NCBI GenBank assembly: GCA_964195405.1
Contig: CAXMPK010000029.1
Coordinates: 33,229-97,228 of the forward strand
Reading direction: 5' to 3'
DNA: 64,000 nucleotides
Source: an uncultured Acidimicrobiia bacterium
GTDB taxonomy: Bacteria; Actinomycetota; Acidimicrobiia; Spongiisociales; ZC4RG35
The notes below the pieces were generated by a model. The model saw nothing but the letters and a program-made list of their open reading frames with translations. It was not told where the DNA came from and ran no database searches. Position numbers and translations under genes: made by a program. Shown here piece after piece: positions 29,478 through 37,198 of the stretch; the first letter of the stretch is position 1, and each line of letters opens with the position of its first letter.

Positions 29478-30448
29478 TCGAAGTCGACCCAGTCCTTTAA
29501 GTCATCAAAGAAGATGCCGTCCTTCCAGGGATATGACCAGTTGAACCCCTTCCCTCTGAACAACACGCCGATGATGGTGAGGGTTGCCGAGCCGGCCAGG
29601 AAGATGGAATAGAGAAGAATTGCGAATTTGCGGTCGCTGGGTCGAGTCGACGGGTTCTTGTCAACAAACGGCACCATCATGAAACCGATCAAACCGACGA
29701 ACAACGGGACTAAGACTCCGGCCACCTGGGGATCGAAATAGCTCAGCAGCTCCTGAAGCCCCAAGAAGTACCACGGCGCCTTTGATGGGTTGGGTGTGGC
29801 GTTGAAGTTGGCTGGATCCAGCAACGGCGAGTGAATGACCACGGCCATGATCACCAAGATTCCGGTGATTAGAAGCAGCGCTCCGAACTCCATGAGCATT
29901 AGGTGTGGCCAGGTATTGACCTTGTCCATCGGCTCGGCTTTGACGTTTTGAATCGCCCGGGCTTTGACAACCGTGAGCAAGCGTTGGGTGCGGACACCCT
30001 CCGGTGTTCCGGTCGGTGGCACCGATGGACGGGGGCTGACCAGCCCAGCAACCTTGCCGTTGCCACCACCGTTGGTCTCGGGATCCGGTGGCTCGGCTAC
30101 TTCTTGCTCGTCTTCTCCCACCTGCTCGGCAGGAGAAGACTCAACGAGAGCGGCAACCACAACCGGTGTTTTCTCTACTTCAGCCACCGACTCTTCAACA
30201 ATTGGTTCGGACTCCGATTCGGACTCGAGTTCGGGTTTGCCGCCTTCCGCAACCATGGCGGCCGGAGACTCAGCCGGATCGGGGTTCTCATCGACTTCAA
30301 CAACGTCTTCGACCAATGCAGTCACGGGTACTTCGACCGGGGGACCTTCGCCTTTCATCTCGGCCAACACCTGCTCAACCGGCACACCTAGCGCCTTGGC
30401 CTTCGCCTCTGCCGATCTCCTCAAGAGACTCTCTGGGATTTCAACCAT
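29474..30448 (-). CDS. cytochrome b C-terminal-half protein (b6f subunit-IV-like) with a long acidic N-terminal extension
   Basis: C-terminal ~170 aa with KAPWYFLGLQELL (PEWY-region equivalent) and 3 TM helices. ATG at 30448 is preceded by GGAG. The N-terminal ~150 aa are acidic low-complexity, preceded by the module IPESLLRRSAEAKAKALGVPVEQVLAEM. Confidence 0.8.
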   Translation of the reverse strand: MVEIPESLLRRSAEAKAKALGVPVEQVLAEMKGEGPPVEVPVTALVEDVVEVDENPDPAESPAAMVAEGGKPELESESESEPIVEESVAEVEKTPVVVAALVESSPAEQVGEDEQEVAEPPDPETNGGGNGKVAGLVSPRPSVPPTGTPEGVRTQRLLTVVKARAIQNVKAEPMDKVNTWPHLMLMEFGALLLITGILVIMAVVIHSPLLDPANFNATPNPSKAPWYFLGLQELLSYFDPQVAGVLVPLFVGLIGFMMVPFVDKNPSTRPSDRKFAILLYSIFLAGSATLTIIGVLFRGKGFNWSYPWKDGIFFDDLKDWVDFE

Positions 30449-30458
30449 TGAATACTCC

Positions 30459-31235
30459 TTACAAGGGACCCGAGACGCCGCCATCTTTGCGGACCCGCCA
30501 GAAATGAATCGCCATGAAGATCACGATGATGAATGGGAACGCCAGCACATGGAGCACGTAGAAGCGAAGCAAGGTGGCTCCGCTTACCTCGACACCCGCA
30601 AGCAGGGCGAATTTGACCTGGTCACCGATGATCGGCGAGAAACCAGCCATATTGGAGCCCACTGTCACGGCCCACAAGGCCAATTGGTCCCATGGCAGCA
30701 GGTATCCGGAGAAAGACAGGAACAGTGTCAGGAAAAGAAGCACGACTCCAACTACCCAGTTGAACTCACGTGGCGGCTTGTAGGCACCGTGATAGAAGAC
30801 ACGGCTCATGTGGAGAAACACCGACAACACCATGAGGTGAGCTCCCCATCGGTGGATGTTTCTCACCAATGAACCAAACGCCACATCGGTGGAGAGCGCC
30901 TGCATGTCGGGATAGGCCAGCTCAGCGGTTGGCGTGTAATAGAACATCAAGAAGATGCCGGTGATGGTGAGGACGATGAACAAGAAGAAGCTGAGACCAC
31001 CGAGACACAAGGTGTAGGAAAGCTTGACACCATGACGCTTCACCTTGACGGGATGGAGGTGGTAGAGGACGTTGTTCATCACGACATAAGAACGGTTTCT
31101 GGGGCTGTCCGAGTAGCCCTGCTTGAAAGGCGAGCCGGGACGGAGGATGGCTCCGACAAGCTGGCTGTTCCACAGTTTCTCGTTGGTCTCCTTAACCCGC
31201 TCTTTGAGCCCAACTTTGCCGTTGCCGTTAGCCAT
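30459..31235 (-). CDS. cytochrome b6-type (N-terminal-half) cytochrome b
   Basis: His pairs [15 protein letters not shown] (14 apart) and [16 protein letters not shown] (15 apart, the b6-type spacing). YTLCLGG matches the b6 FYCLGG heme-ci Cys region. PWDQ motif present. Confidence 0.88.
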   Translation of the reverse strand: MANGNGKVGLKERVKETNEKLWNSQLVGAILRPGSPFKQGYSDSPRNRSYVVMNNVLYHLHPVKVKRHGVKLSYTLCLGGLSFFLFIVLTITGIFLMFYYTPTAELAYPDMQALSTDVAFGSLVRNIHRWGAHLMVLSVFLHMSRVFYHGAYKPPREFNWVVGVVLLFLTLFLSFSGYLLPWDQLALWAVTVGSNMAGFSPIIGDQVKFALLAGVEVSGATLLRFYVLHVLAFPFIIVIFMAIHFWRVRKDGGVSGPL

Positions 31236-31253
31236 GTGAGTTAGACATCTCTC

Positions 31254-31703
31254 CTACCAGCGCATTCCATACGAGTACCCATTCTTGAAGTCACGCTGCC
31301 CAGTGTCGAAATCCCATGGGCGACGGTCGAGACCGAGTTCCGACGCCTGATCTGCCAACGAGCCTTCGAATTTGCCAAGAGTGATGACATTGGTCGGGCA
31401 CCGATCGATACACAGCGCGCATCGGGTGCACTCGTCCTCGTCAACGATGAAGAAACCGTAATTCTGTTCGTCGTCCTGTGGGTGGTCGACATTGACAGCC
31501 TCCGTGATCGCGTCCAGTGAGAGATAGTGGATACACTTCCAGGGGCAGATGTCGACACAGCCTTCGCAAAGGATGCACTCCGACTGGTCGATGTGAAGGA
31601 ACTGCTTAGGACGCAATTTGTCCGTGAAATAGTCACCGTCCACAACGGCAAGCTGGTAGTCATCCCGGATCGGTGGGGTCTCATCAACTACTCCCTTGGG
31701 CAT
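31254..31703 (-). CDS. 2x[4Fe-4S] ferredoxin-domain protein
   Basis: CILCEGCVDICP and CTRCALCIDRCP. ATGA overlap with the upstream membrane-protein gene. GGAGAG RBS for the downstream cyt b6 gene. Confidence 0.85.
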   Translation of the reverse strand: MPKGVVDETPPIRDDYQLAVVDGDYFTDKLRPKQFLHIDQSECILCEGCVDICPWKCIHYLSLDAITEAVNVDHPQDDEQNYGFFIVDEDECTRCALCIDRCPTNVITLGKFEGSLADQASELGLDRRPWDFDTGQRDFKNGYSYGMRW

Positions 31704-32383
31704 CAGCCATCACCTTTGACCAAGGGGCGTCCGTATGGTGACTTCTGTTCGACTTGCTGGGCACTAGCCGGGCGACCCTTCTTGATGTTTTGGATCTGGA
31801 TCGCCAGGACAGCACCAAGCCCTAGCAACGCCAGGACATAAGTCTGAGAAATAGTGTCCTTGATCACTTTGTAACTGATCTCAACCGCGTTCCCCAACAC
31901 CAAGATCGGCGGGATCACCAGGAATGTGTCGTTGCCCCACTCCAAATCGGTCTGTGCAAAGTTGAGCCACTCGGAGGGAACGATCCCGAAGAAGAAAAGG
32001 AGGGCGACCCAGGTGATCATTGCCGCAACCGTGGCCCGAGCCCAGGTCATTCTCTGGTTGAGAACCCAAAGCATCAAAGCGCCGATCAAGGCAAACGTGG
32101 TGGCACCCCCGATGATGAGATAGGCAGCACCTTTCCACAAGACACCTCTTGGGAACCAGTTCATGGTGTCGACGACAAAAGGCATTTCGATCCCGTTGAC
32201 CACCTCGGTTTCGGGGAAGCTGGCCCAATGGAGCCAGATAATTCCGAGCACCAGACCAATGAGTCCACCAAGTAGCAGGACGAGGCCAATCGTCTTGCGC
32301 TTTGCGTCGCTCAGTTCTCCTAGGCGGTACATCTCAATGACATCTCTGGGTGGGTCCGGGTGTGTCCATTCGCTGTTGGCCAT
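31703..32383 (-). CDS. integral membrane protein (4-5 TM), first gene of the Rieske/cyt b operon
   Basis: 226-aa hydrophobic ORF translationally coupled to the ferredoxin gene. No family recognised. Confidence 0.55.
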   Translation of the reverse strand: MANSEWTHPDPPRDVIEMYRLGELSDAKRKTIGLVLLLGGLIGLVLGIIWLHWASFPETEVVNGIEMPFVVDTMNWFPRGVLWKGAAYLIIGGATTFALIGALMLWVLNQRMTWARATVAAMITWVALLFFFGIVPSEWLNFAQTDLEWGNDTFLVIPPILVLGNAVEISYKVIKDTISQTYVLALLGLGAVLAIQIQNIKKGRPASAQQVEQKSPYGRPLVKGDG

Positions 32384-32513
32384 TTTCTACCACACGACGG
32401 GGTCGCGTATATAACCCACGCAGCGGTATTGGCTCGTATTGAAATGTAGCGGCGGAATGGATTCTGGAAGTAGTTATGCTCCCGCCGGTCTCATCGTTTG
32501 ACAGGGAAGACGC

Positions 32514-33953
32514 TTGGCCGAGACCCAGACAGCACAGATTCGAGCCCTTTTGGGCGGTGGAACGAGCGAAGACCGTGTGGCTGCCACCCACTTCATGGTC
32601 GGAGCCGGTTTCCTCGTGTTAGGCGGTGCCTTGGCCCTCCTCGCCTTGCTGTCGATCCGCTTCGCCGACTTGTTCCCCATCACCTACGGGAGGCTCGAGC
32701 CGATGGCAAATCTGACCTTGATGTTTGGCTTTGTTGTTGTCTCTCTGGTGGGTGGCATCTACTACGTGCTTCCGCGGCTGACTGGCACCCGACTTTGGAG
32801 CGCTGATCTCGCCGCCTCAGGTCTGTTGGGCATCTCCGGGCTTGTCGTCTTGGGGCTGTTGGTCATCGGGTTTGGATTTGGCAGTGGACGTCAGCCTCTT
32901 GGACTCCCGTGGTGGTTCCACATCCCGATGCTTCTTCTCCTAACGCTGCCGCTGATCATCACTGTCGGAACGATCAACAGACGTGAGGAGAAGCGGAGCT
33001 TTGTGACTCTCTGGTTCGTAATGGGCGGGGTTGTCTGGCTCCCTCTTCTGTACCTCGCATACTTCGTCGGGGATTTGCCTTCACTCGGTGCTGTTGCTGT
33101 CGAGTATTCCAACGTTTTCTTGTCGGCCGGTTTCGTGACAATGTTCGTTTTCACCGTGGGTACGGGTCTCTTCTATTACACGGTGGTCAGGGAGCTCGAC
33201 GTGTCCCTGGCCAGTCGTCAGTTGGCTCTGGTCGGTTTCTGGTCTCTTGGGTTTGCCGCTGCGTGGTGGGGCGCCGCTCAGCTTATTTTTGGGCCGGCAC
33301 CGGCTTGGGTCGCCGGGGTGGCTGCTGCACTTGGTCTGGCGTTTCCGATCGGAACCCTCGCCAACGCCGCCAACGTCTCTTTGACCCTGGAGGGCTCGTG
33401 GGGCGATCTGTCCGAGAAGCCCGGTGTCACTGCCGGGATATACGGTCTTTATCTCGCCGTCGCCGTTGCAACACTCGCCGCTCTCGCCGGATTCAGGTCT
33501 ATCGCCTCCGTCACGTCGCTGACTGCTTTTTGGGAAGCAATCGAATACGCGGCAATTGCCGGTCCCGGTGCCCTACTCGTCGCCGGTGTCAGCTTCTCCG
33601 CCTTACCGCGTCTGGTGGGTCGAGAGATTTCCTCACTCAAGAGAGCTCGATCATTCAGCCGCCTTACCGTTATCGGGTCTATCGGCACTCTTCTGTTCAT
33701 GTCTGCCGCCGGGATTCTCTCCGGCTATTCGTGGATAGGCGGATCGAACACGGCGGCGTACATCGATGCAGGTGAGGGATGGGCGGCGGGGCTTGGGACC
33801 AGTTTCGAGACACTCATGCTGGTTGCCATTGGTTTCGCCTTCGTTACTTTCGCCGGCCAGCTTGCTTACGCTGCCACGATTTTCGGCACCGTCACCACCG
33901 GTAAGGCAACCACTCAGGAAGTTCTTGTCAGTAGGGAACCTGGCGATGAGTGA
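32514..33953 (+). CDS. heme-copper oxidase subunit I-like (CcoN-like) 12-TM protein lacking the canonical histidine ligands
   Basis: 479 aa. Segments GRLEPMANLTLMFGF, LWFVMGGVVW, FWSLGFAAAWWGAAQLIFGPAPAW and SLTAFWEAIEYAA align (from memory) to CcoN ligand regions but carry A, M, AQ, E and A in place of His. Only 2 His in the whole protein. TTG start. Confidence 0.6.
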   Translation: MAETQTAQIRALLGGGTSEDRVAATHFMVGAGFLVLGGALALLALLSIRFADLFPITYGRLEPMANLTLMFGFVVVSLVGGIYYVLPRLTGTRLWSADLAASGLLGISGLVVLGLLVIGFGFGSGRQPLGLPWWFHIPMLLLLTLPLIITVGTINRREEKRSFVTLWFVMGGVVWLPLLYLAYFVGDLPSLGAVAVEYSNVFLSAGFVTMFVFTVGTGLFYYTVVRELDVSLASRQLALVGFWSLGFAAAWWGAAQLIFGPAPAWVAGVAAALGLAFPIGTLANAANVSLTLEGSWGDLSEKPGVTAGIYGLYLAVAVATLAALAGFRSIASVTSLTAFWEAIEYAAIAGPGALLVAGVSFSALPRLVGREISSLKRARSFSRLTVIGSIGTLLFMSAAGILSGYSWIGGSNTAAYIDAGEGWAAGLGTSFETLMLVAIGFAFVTFAGQLAYAATIFGTVTTGKATTQEVLVSREPGDE

Positions 33954-34734
33954 CCTCGTCGCCGCCGCCGCCGCCGCGATGGGTCTTCCCGAGGTACTGG
34001 TCCAACGGTCTGCCGAAGCTAGAGCTGCTGACACCGGGGCAAGCGTCGACGACCTGCTCGCTGCATGGGCAGGTGGAGCACCGGCACCCGCAGCGGTGTC
34101 TGCCGAACCGGTGGTGGGTGATGCTCCGACGGAGGAGCCTGCCGCCCCTGAAGTGGTGATCGAGGTGCCAGCTCAAGCGCCAGCCGAAGTACCAGGCGAA
34201 GTACCAGCCCAAGCGCCAGCCGAAGCGCCGGTTGCTGCGCTTGCCTCGGAGGAGAGGCACGGCCCCTATGTGCCCCCGGTCCTGGTCGGGAGTCGGGACA
34301 ACCCGATGACAGTTCTTGTCGGTGCCGTCGCTCTGTTCGTCTTGGTGGCACTCGTTGGCCTGGTTGGACCTTCGCTCCAGGCCGAAACACCCGGAGCCCT
34401 GTCAACCAACCTCCCATACACCCAGCTGGCAGTGGACGGACAAGAGATTTATGGCAACCTCGGCTGCGCCGCCTGTCACACCCAGATGGTGCGGCCGGTC
34501 ATCGCGGACGTGGGGCTGGGCCGGGTCACGCTCAACGACAGCAACCAGATACTCGGCACCCGCCGCTTTGGGCCCGACCTTTCCAACGTTGGCTCGCGTG
34601 TTTCCGCCACGCAGCTACAAGCCACCGTCGAAGGGCAACTCAACGGGCATCCGAAGTACACCATCAACCCTCAGGACATGAGTGCGTTGGTGGCGTATTT
34701 GAGTGAATCGGTCACGGCCGGAGAAGACGGATGA
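33946..34734 (+). CDS. CcoO/FixO-like monoheme cytochrome c subunit with N-terminal cytoplasmic extension
   Basis: YTQLAVDGQEIYGNLGCAACHTQMVRP ... GTRRFGPDLSNVGSRVS ... MSALVAYL parallels CcoO (EGCxxCHSQMIRP, RTGPDLxRVGxRYS). ATG overlaps the upstream stop by 8 nt. Confidence 0.75.
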   Translation: MSDLVAAAAAAMGLPEVLVQRSAEARAADTGASVDDLLAAWAGGAPAPAAVSAEPVVGDAPTEEPAAPEVVIEVPAQAPAEVPGEVPAQAPAEAPVAALASEERHGPYVPPVLVGSRDNPMTVLVGAVALFVLVALVGLVGPSLQAETPGALSTNLPYTQLAVDGQEIYGNLGCAACHTQMVRPVIADVGLGRVTLNDSNQILGTRRFGPDLSNVGSRVSATQLQATVEGQLNGHPKYTINPQDMSALVAYLSESVTAGEDG

Positions 34735-35768
34735 GTCTCACTGGCGCCGCCGCCGCCATGGGTCTTCCCGAGGAGCTGGTACAACGCTCCGCCGAAGCGA
34801 GGGCAGCCGATACCGGAGCGACGGTCGACGAAATCCTGGCGGCTTGGGCAGGAGGCGAGACAGCTCCAGCTTCAGCGCCGGCCGAACCCGCAACCGAATC
34901 GCCTGTTGAGGACGTTGAGCCGGAGACGGTGCCCGATGTAATCGAGGCGATCCCTTCTCCCCCGGTCATCGAGACAACTACCGAATCGACTTCCGAGGGC
35001 GGACAAGCCACACGAGCCCCGCTTCCCACTGAGGTCACCGCGGCTGAGGCCAGACGTCTTCCCGAGGTGGTCACGGTGCCCACAGCCGGCATCAAAGAGC
35101 AAACCAACTTCGTGATTCCGAAATGGCTCACCGTGGTGATGTTGGTCGTGCCGCTTTTTGCCCTTTTTGCCCTGGGCGGGGCCTCGACCGGTGCATGCGG
35201 TGAGGCCACCGAACTCGAGACAAATGTCGTGACTGGCGAGATCGTCAACTGCGACGGTTCCGAGTTCACCGGCTCGGAAATCGGCGGAGGTGGCACCGAC
35301 TTCATCGCCCTTGGCGGAGATATCTACAACGGCGCAGCCGTCACCGGCGTGAATTGTGCGGGTTGTCATGGGGCCAACGGCCAGGGTGCCGGTGCCTTCC
35401 CCGCCTTGACTGGAGTCCTCACCACATTCGGGACCTGCACAGACCACATCGAGTGGGTCACTGGTGGCTCCAGTGCCTTCACCGGGCAGGGCAGCTACGG
35501 CGACACCAACAAACCGGTGAGCGGCGGGATGCCGGCATTCGGCGGATCTCTAAGTGCCGACCAGATCGCGGCAGTTGCGGCGTTTGAACGGGTCCGTTTT
35601 GGCGGAGACGACTCAGACACTGCGCCCGTAGATTGTGGCTTGGTCGCCGAAACCAGCAGTGACGACAGCGCCGGCAGTGAAGGCAGCACTGAGGGCGGCG
35701 GCAATGGCGAAGATGAAGACAACGCCGACGGGGACACAACGGATGCCTCCGCCGCCCATCTCGGCTAG
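34731..35768 (+). CDS. membrane-anchored class-I cytochrome c (possible CcoP-like partner) with the same N-terminal module
   Basis: CAGCHGANGQG heme site and GGMPAFG Met ligand. One TM helix (WLTVVMLVVPLFALFALGG). ATGA overlap with the CcoO-like gene. Confidence 0.8.
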   Translation: MSLTGAAAAMGLPEELVQRSAEARAADTGATVDEILAAWAGGETAPASAPAEPATESPVEDVEPETVPDVIEAIPSPPVIETTTESTSEGGQATRAPLPTEVTAAEARRLPEVVTVPTAGIKEQTNFVIPKWLTVVMLVVPLFALFALGGASTGACGEATELETNVVTGEIVNCDGSEFTGSEIGGGGTDFIALGGDIYNGAAVTGVNCAGCHGANGQGAGAFPALTGVLTTFGTCTDHIEWVTGGSSAFTGQGSYGDTNKPVSGGMPAFGGSLSADQIAAVAAFERVRFGGDDSDTAPVDCGLVAETSSDDSAGSEGSTEGGGNGEDEDNADGDTTDASAAHLG

Positions 35769-36016
35769 AGCAGTCTCAGCCTCTTTCGAAGGGCTTTGGG
35801 GTCGGCAATGATCCCTTCCGCCAGCACGATTCTGTCTGGCCCCAAAACCACCGGAATCCTTATTCCGTAAAGAGCGACAAGGTGATCGTCGGTGTCGATC
35901 TCCACTTCCTCCACTTCTGCCCCGATACGCCGGGCCTCCGCCAGAACAATGGGGCGGGCTTCATCACAAAGATGACATTCGGCACGGGTTAGAAAAGTCA
36001 GGGTAGAAACACTCAA
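35765..36016 (-). CDS. glutaredoxin-like small redox protein (DUF836-type, CxxC)
   Basis: 83 aa. LTFLTRAECHLCDEARP with a CHLC motif and thioredoxin-fold length. Confidence 0.7.
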   Translation of the reverse strand: MSVSTLTFLTRAECHLCDEARPIVLAEARRIGAEVEEVEIDTDDHLVALYGIRIPVVLGPDRIVLAEGIIADPKALRKRLRLL

Positions 36017-36159
36017 GAAACTACTCTCAGTGGCCGATAAGCATCATGCATGCAGGAAGGAGGGCATTCCGTTTCCCTCATACCTAGAGCACGTTCGCTC
36101 AAGGTGTGAACGGATAGCCTCCCAGCCCGCCCCACGGTGACGGAATCCTCCTTCATGTA

Positions 36160-36187
36160 GTCGAGGCCCCCTTTTGGGGGCCTCGAC
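36160..36187. terminator. perfect 12-bp GC-rich stem-loop (gtcgaggccccc-tttt-gggggcctcgac)
   Basis: Read directly. Lies 108 nt downstream of the minus-strand SAM-hydrolase-like gene. No U-tract on either strand, so terminator function is inferred only from stability and position. Confidence 0.5.
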
Positions 36188-36295
36188 ATGCGTTCGGCTC
36201 TCACAAGCGTGCGAAGCCCTTACGATCGATTCCCGTGCGTCCTGCCACTGCCATCGTGATCCTGATTCTGCTGGGCATCATCGCCATCGCAGGGA

Positions 36296-37120
36296 TCATT
36301 CAGCTTTGGTTGATCTATTCGCCGCCAAGCTGACGACTACACCCTCGGCAAGGTTGAGGTCGGCGGAGGCGTCCCCTCCACGGATGGCGAGAGCGACCAG
36401 ACCCGTCGAATCGACGTGTAGGAGGGCATCACCCTCGGCAACGTCGCTGTACGACGTCACCCAGACGATCGTGTGAATTGTCGAGCCGACCTTCACTGTC
36501 ACGGATTCACCATGACTAATGCCGATCTCGGCGAGGTCTTCGGGAGAGATATTTGTCTGCACGTTCCCGTAGCCGTCGACCCACCATGCTTTGCCGGCCA
36601 CAATCGAGCCGTCAATATCGCTAAGGGGCAGCAGCAAAGGAGTCAGGTCAGCCCCATCGACCATAGGCCCAAGATCGGCTAGCGCCGCGTCTCCTGCGGC
36701 AAGAAGGGCCGCAGCCGGCGCAAACACATCACGACCATGAAAAGTCTCACCAGGCGAGGGGATCATGGCCTCCGGGTTCTCAATCGAAACAATCTGCGAC
36801 GCACCACCCATCATCGCCACGGCAGGTGAGAGCAGTCCATTGTCGGGACCGACAAAATGGCCCCAGGGAGTCTCAGCGGCGATAGCCCGCCGATCCGACC
36901 CGACTCCGGGATCAACCACTGCAAGACACACCCCCTCCGGCAAATACTGAATCGCCCTGGTCAAGGACAACGCCCCGGACCGGACGTTCCCGCGAGCAAC
37001 GTTGTGGGTCACGTCGATCACCCGAGAATCGGGAGCCAGCTTGGCCAACACACCGTGTACGACCCCTACGAACTCATCATGCAAGCCAAAGTCGGACAGG
37101 AAACTGATGGGCAGCGACAT
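36296..37120 (-). CDS. SAM hydroxide adenosyltransferase / SAM hydrolase family protein (DUF62)
   Basis: ISFLSDFGLHDEFVGVVHGV and VVDPGVGSDRRAIA, characteristic of the fluorinase/chlorinase-related DUF62 family. Confidence 0.8.
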   Translation of the reverse strand: MSLPISFLSDFGLHDEFVGVVHGVLAKLAPDSRVIDVTHNVARGNVRSGALSLTRAIQYLPEGVCLAVVDPGVGSDRRAIAAETPWGHFVGPDNGLLSPAVAMMGGASQIVSIENPEAMIPSPGETFHGRDVFAPAAALLAAGDAALADLGPMVDGADLTPLLLPLSDIDGSIVAGKAWWVDGYGNVQTNISPEDLAEIGISHGESVTVKVGSTIHTIVWVTSYSDVAEGDALLHVDSTGLVALAIRGGDASADLNLAEGVVVSLAANRSTKAE

Positions 37121-37198
37121 TGCTCAAGGACGCTAGTGGTCTGTCGCTCAATTGATGCCTGGTTGGAACCGCACCGGTGACTCCTATATTGGCCCCAC

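Noticed and set aside
36013-36476. Track ORFs 36013-36204 (minus) and 36174-36476 (plus) in the grx-like / DUF62 intergenic region
   Set aside because: No motifs, Arg/His/Cys-rich composition, and overlap with the GC hairpin and the neighbouring gene. Treated as non-coding.
37131-37146. 16-nt motif CGCTAGTGGT(C/G)TGTCG shared with 39351-39366, both just upstream of minus-strand gene starts
   Set aside because: A 15/16 match is expected many times by chance in 64 kb. Only the intergenic placement is mildly suggestive, and that is insufficient evidence for a regulatory site.
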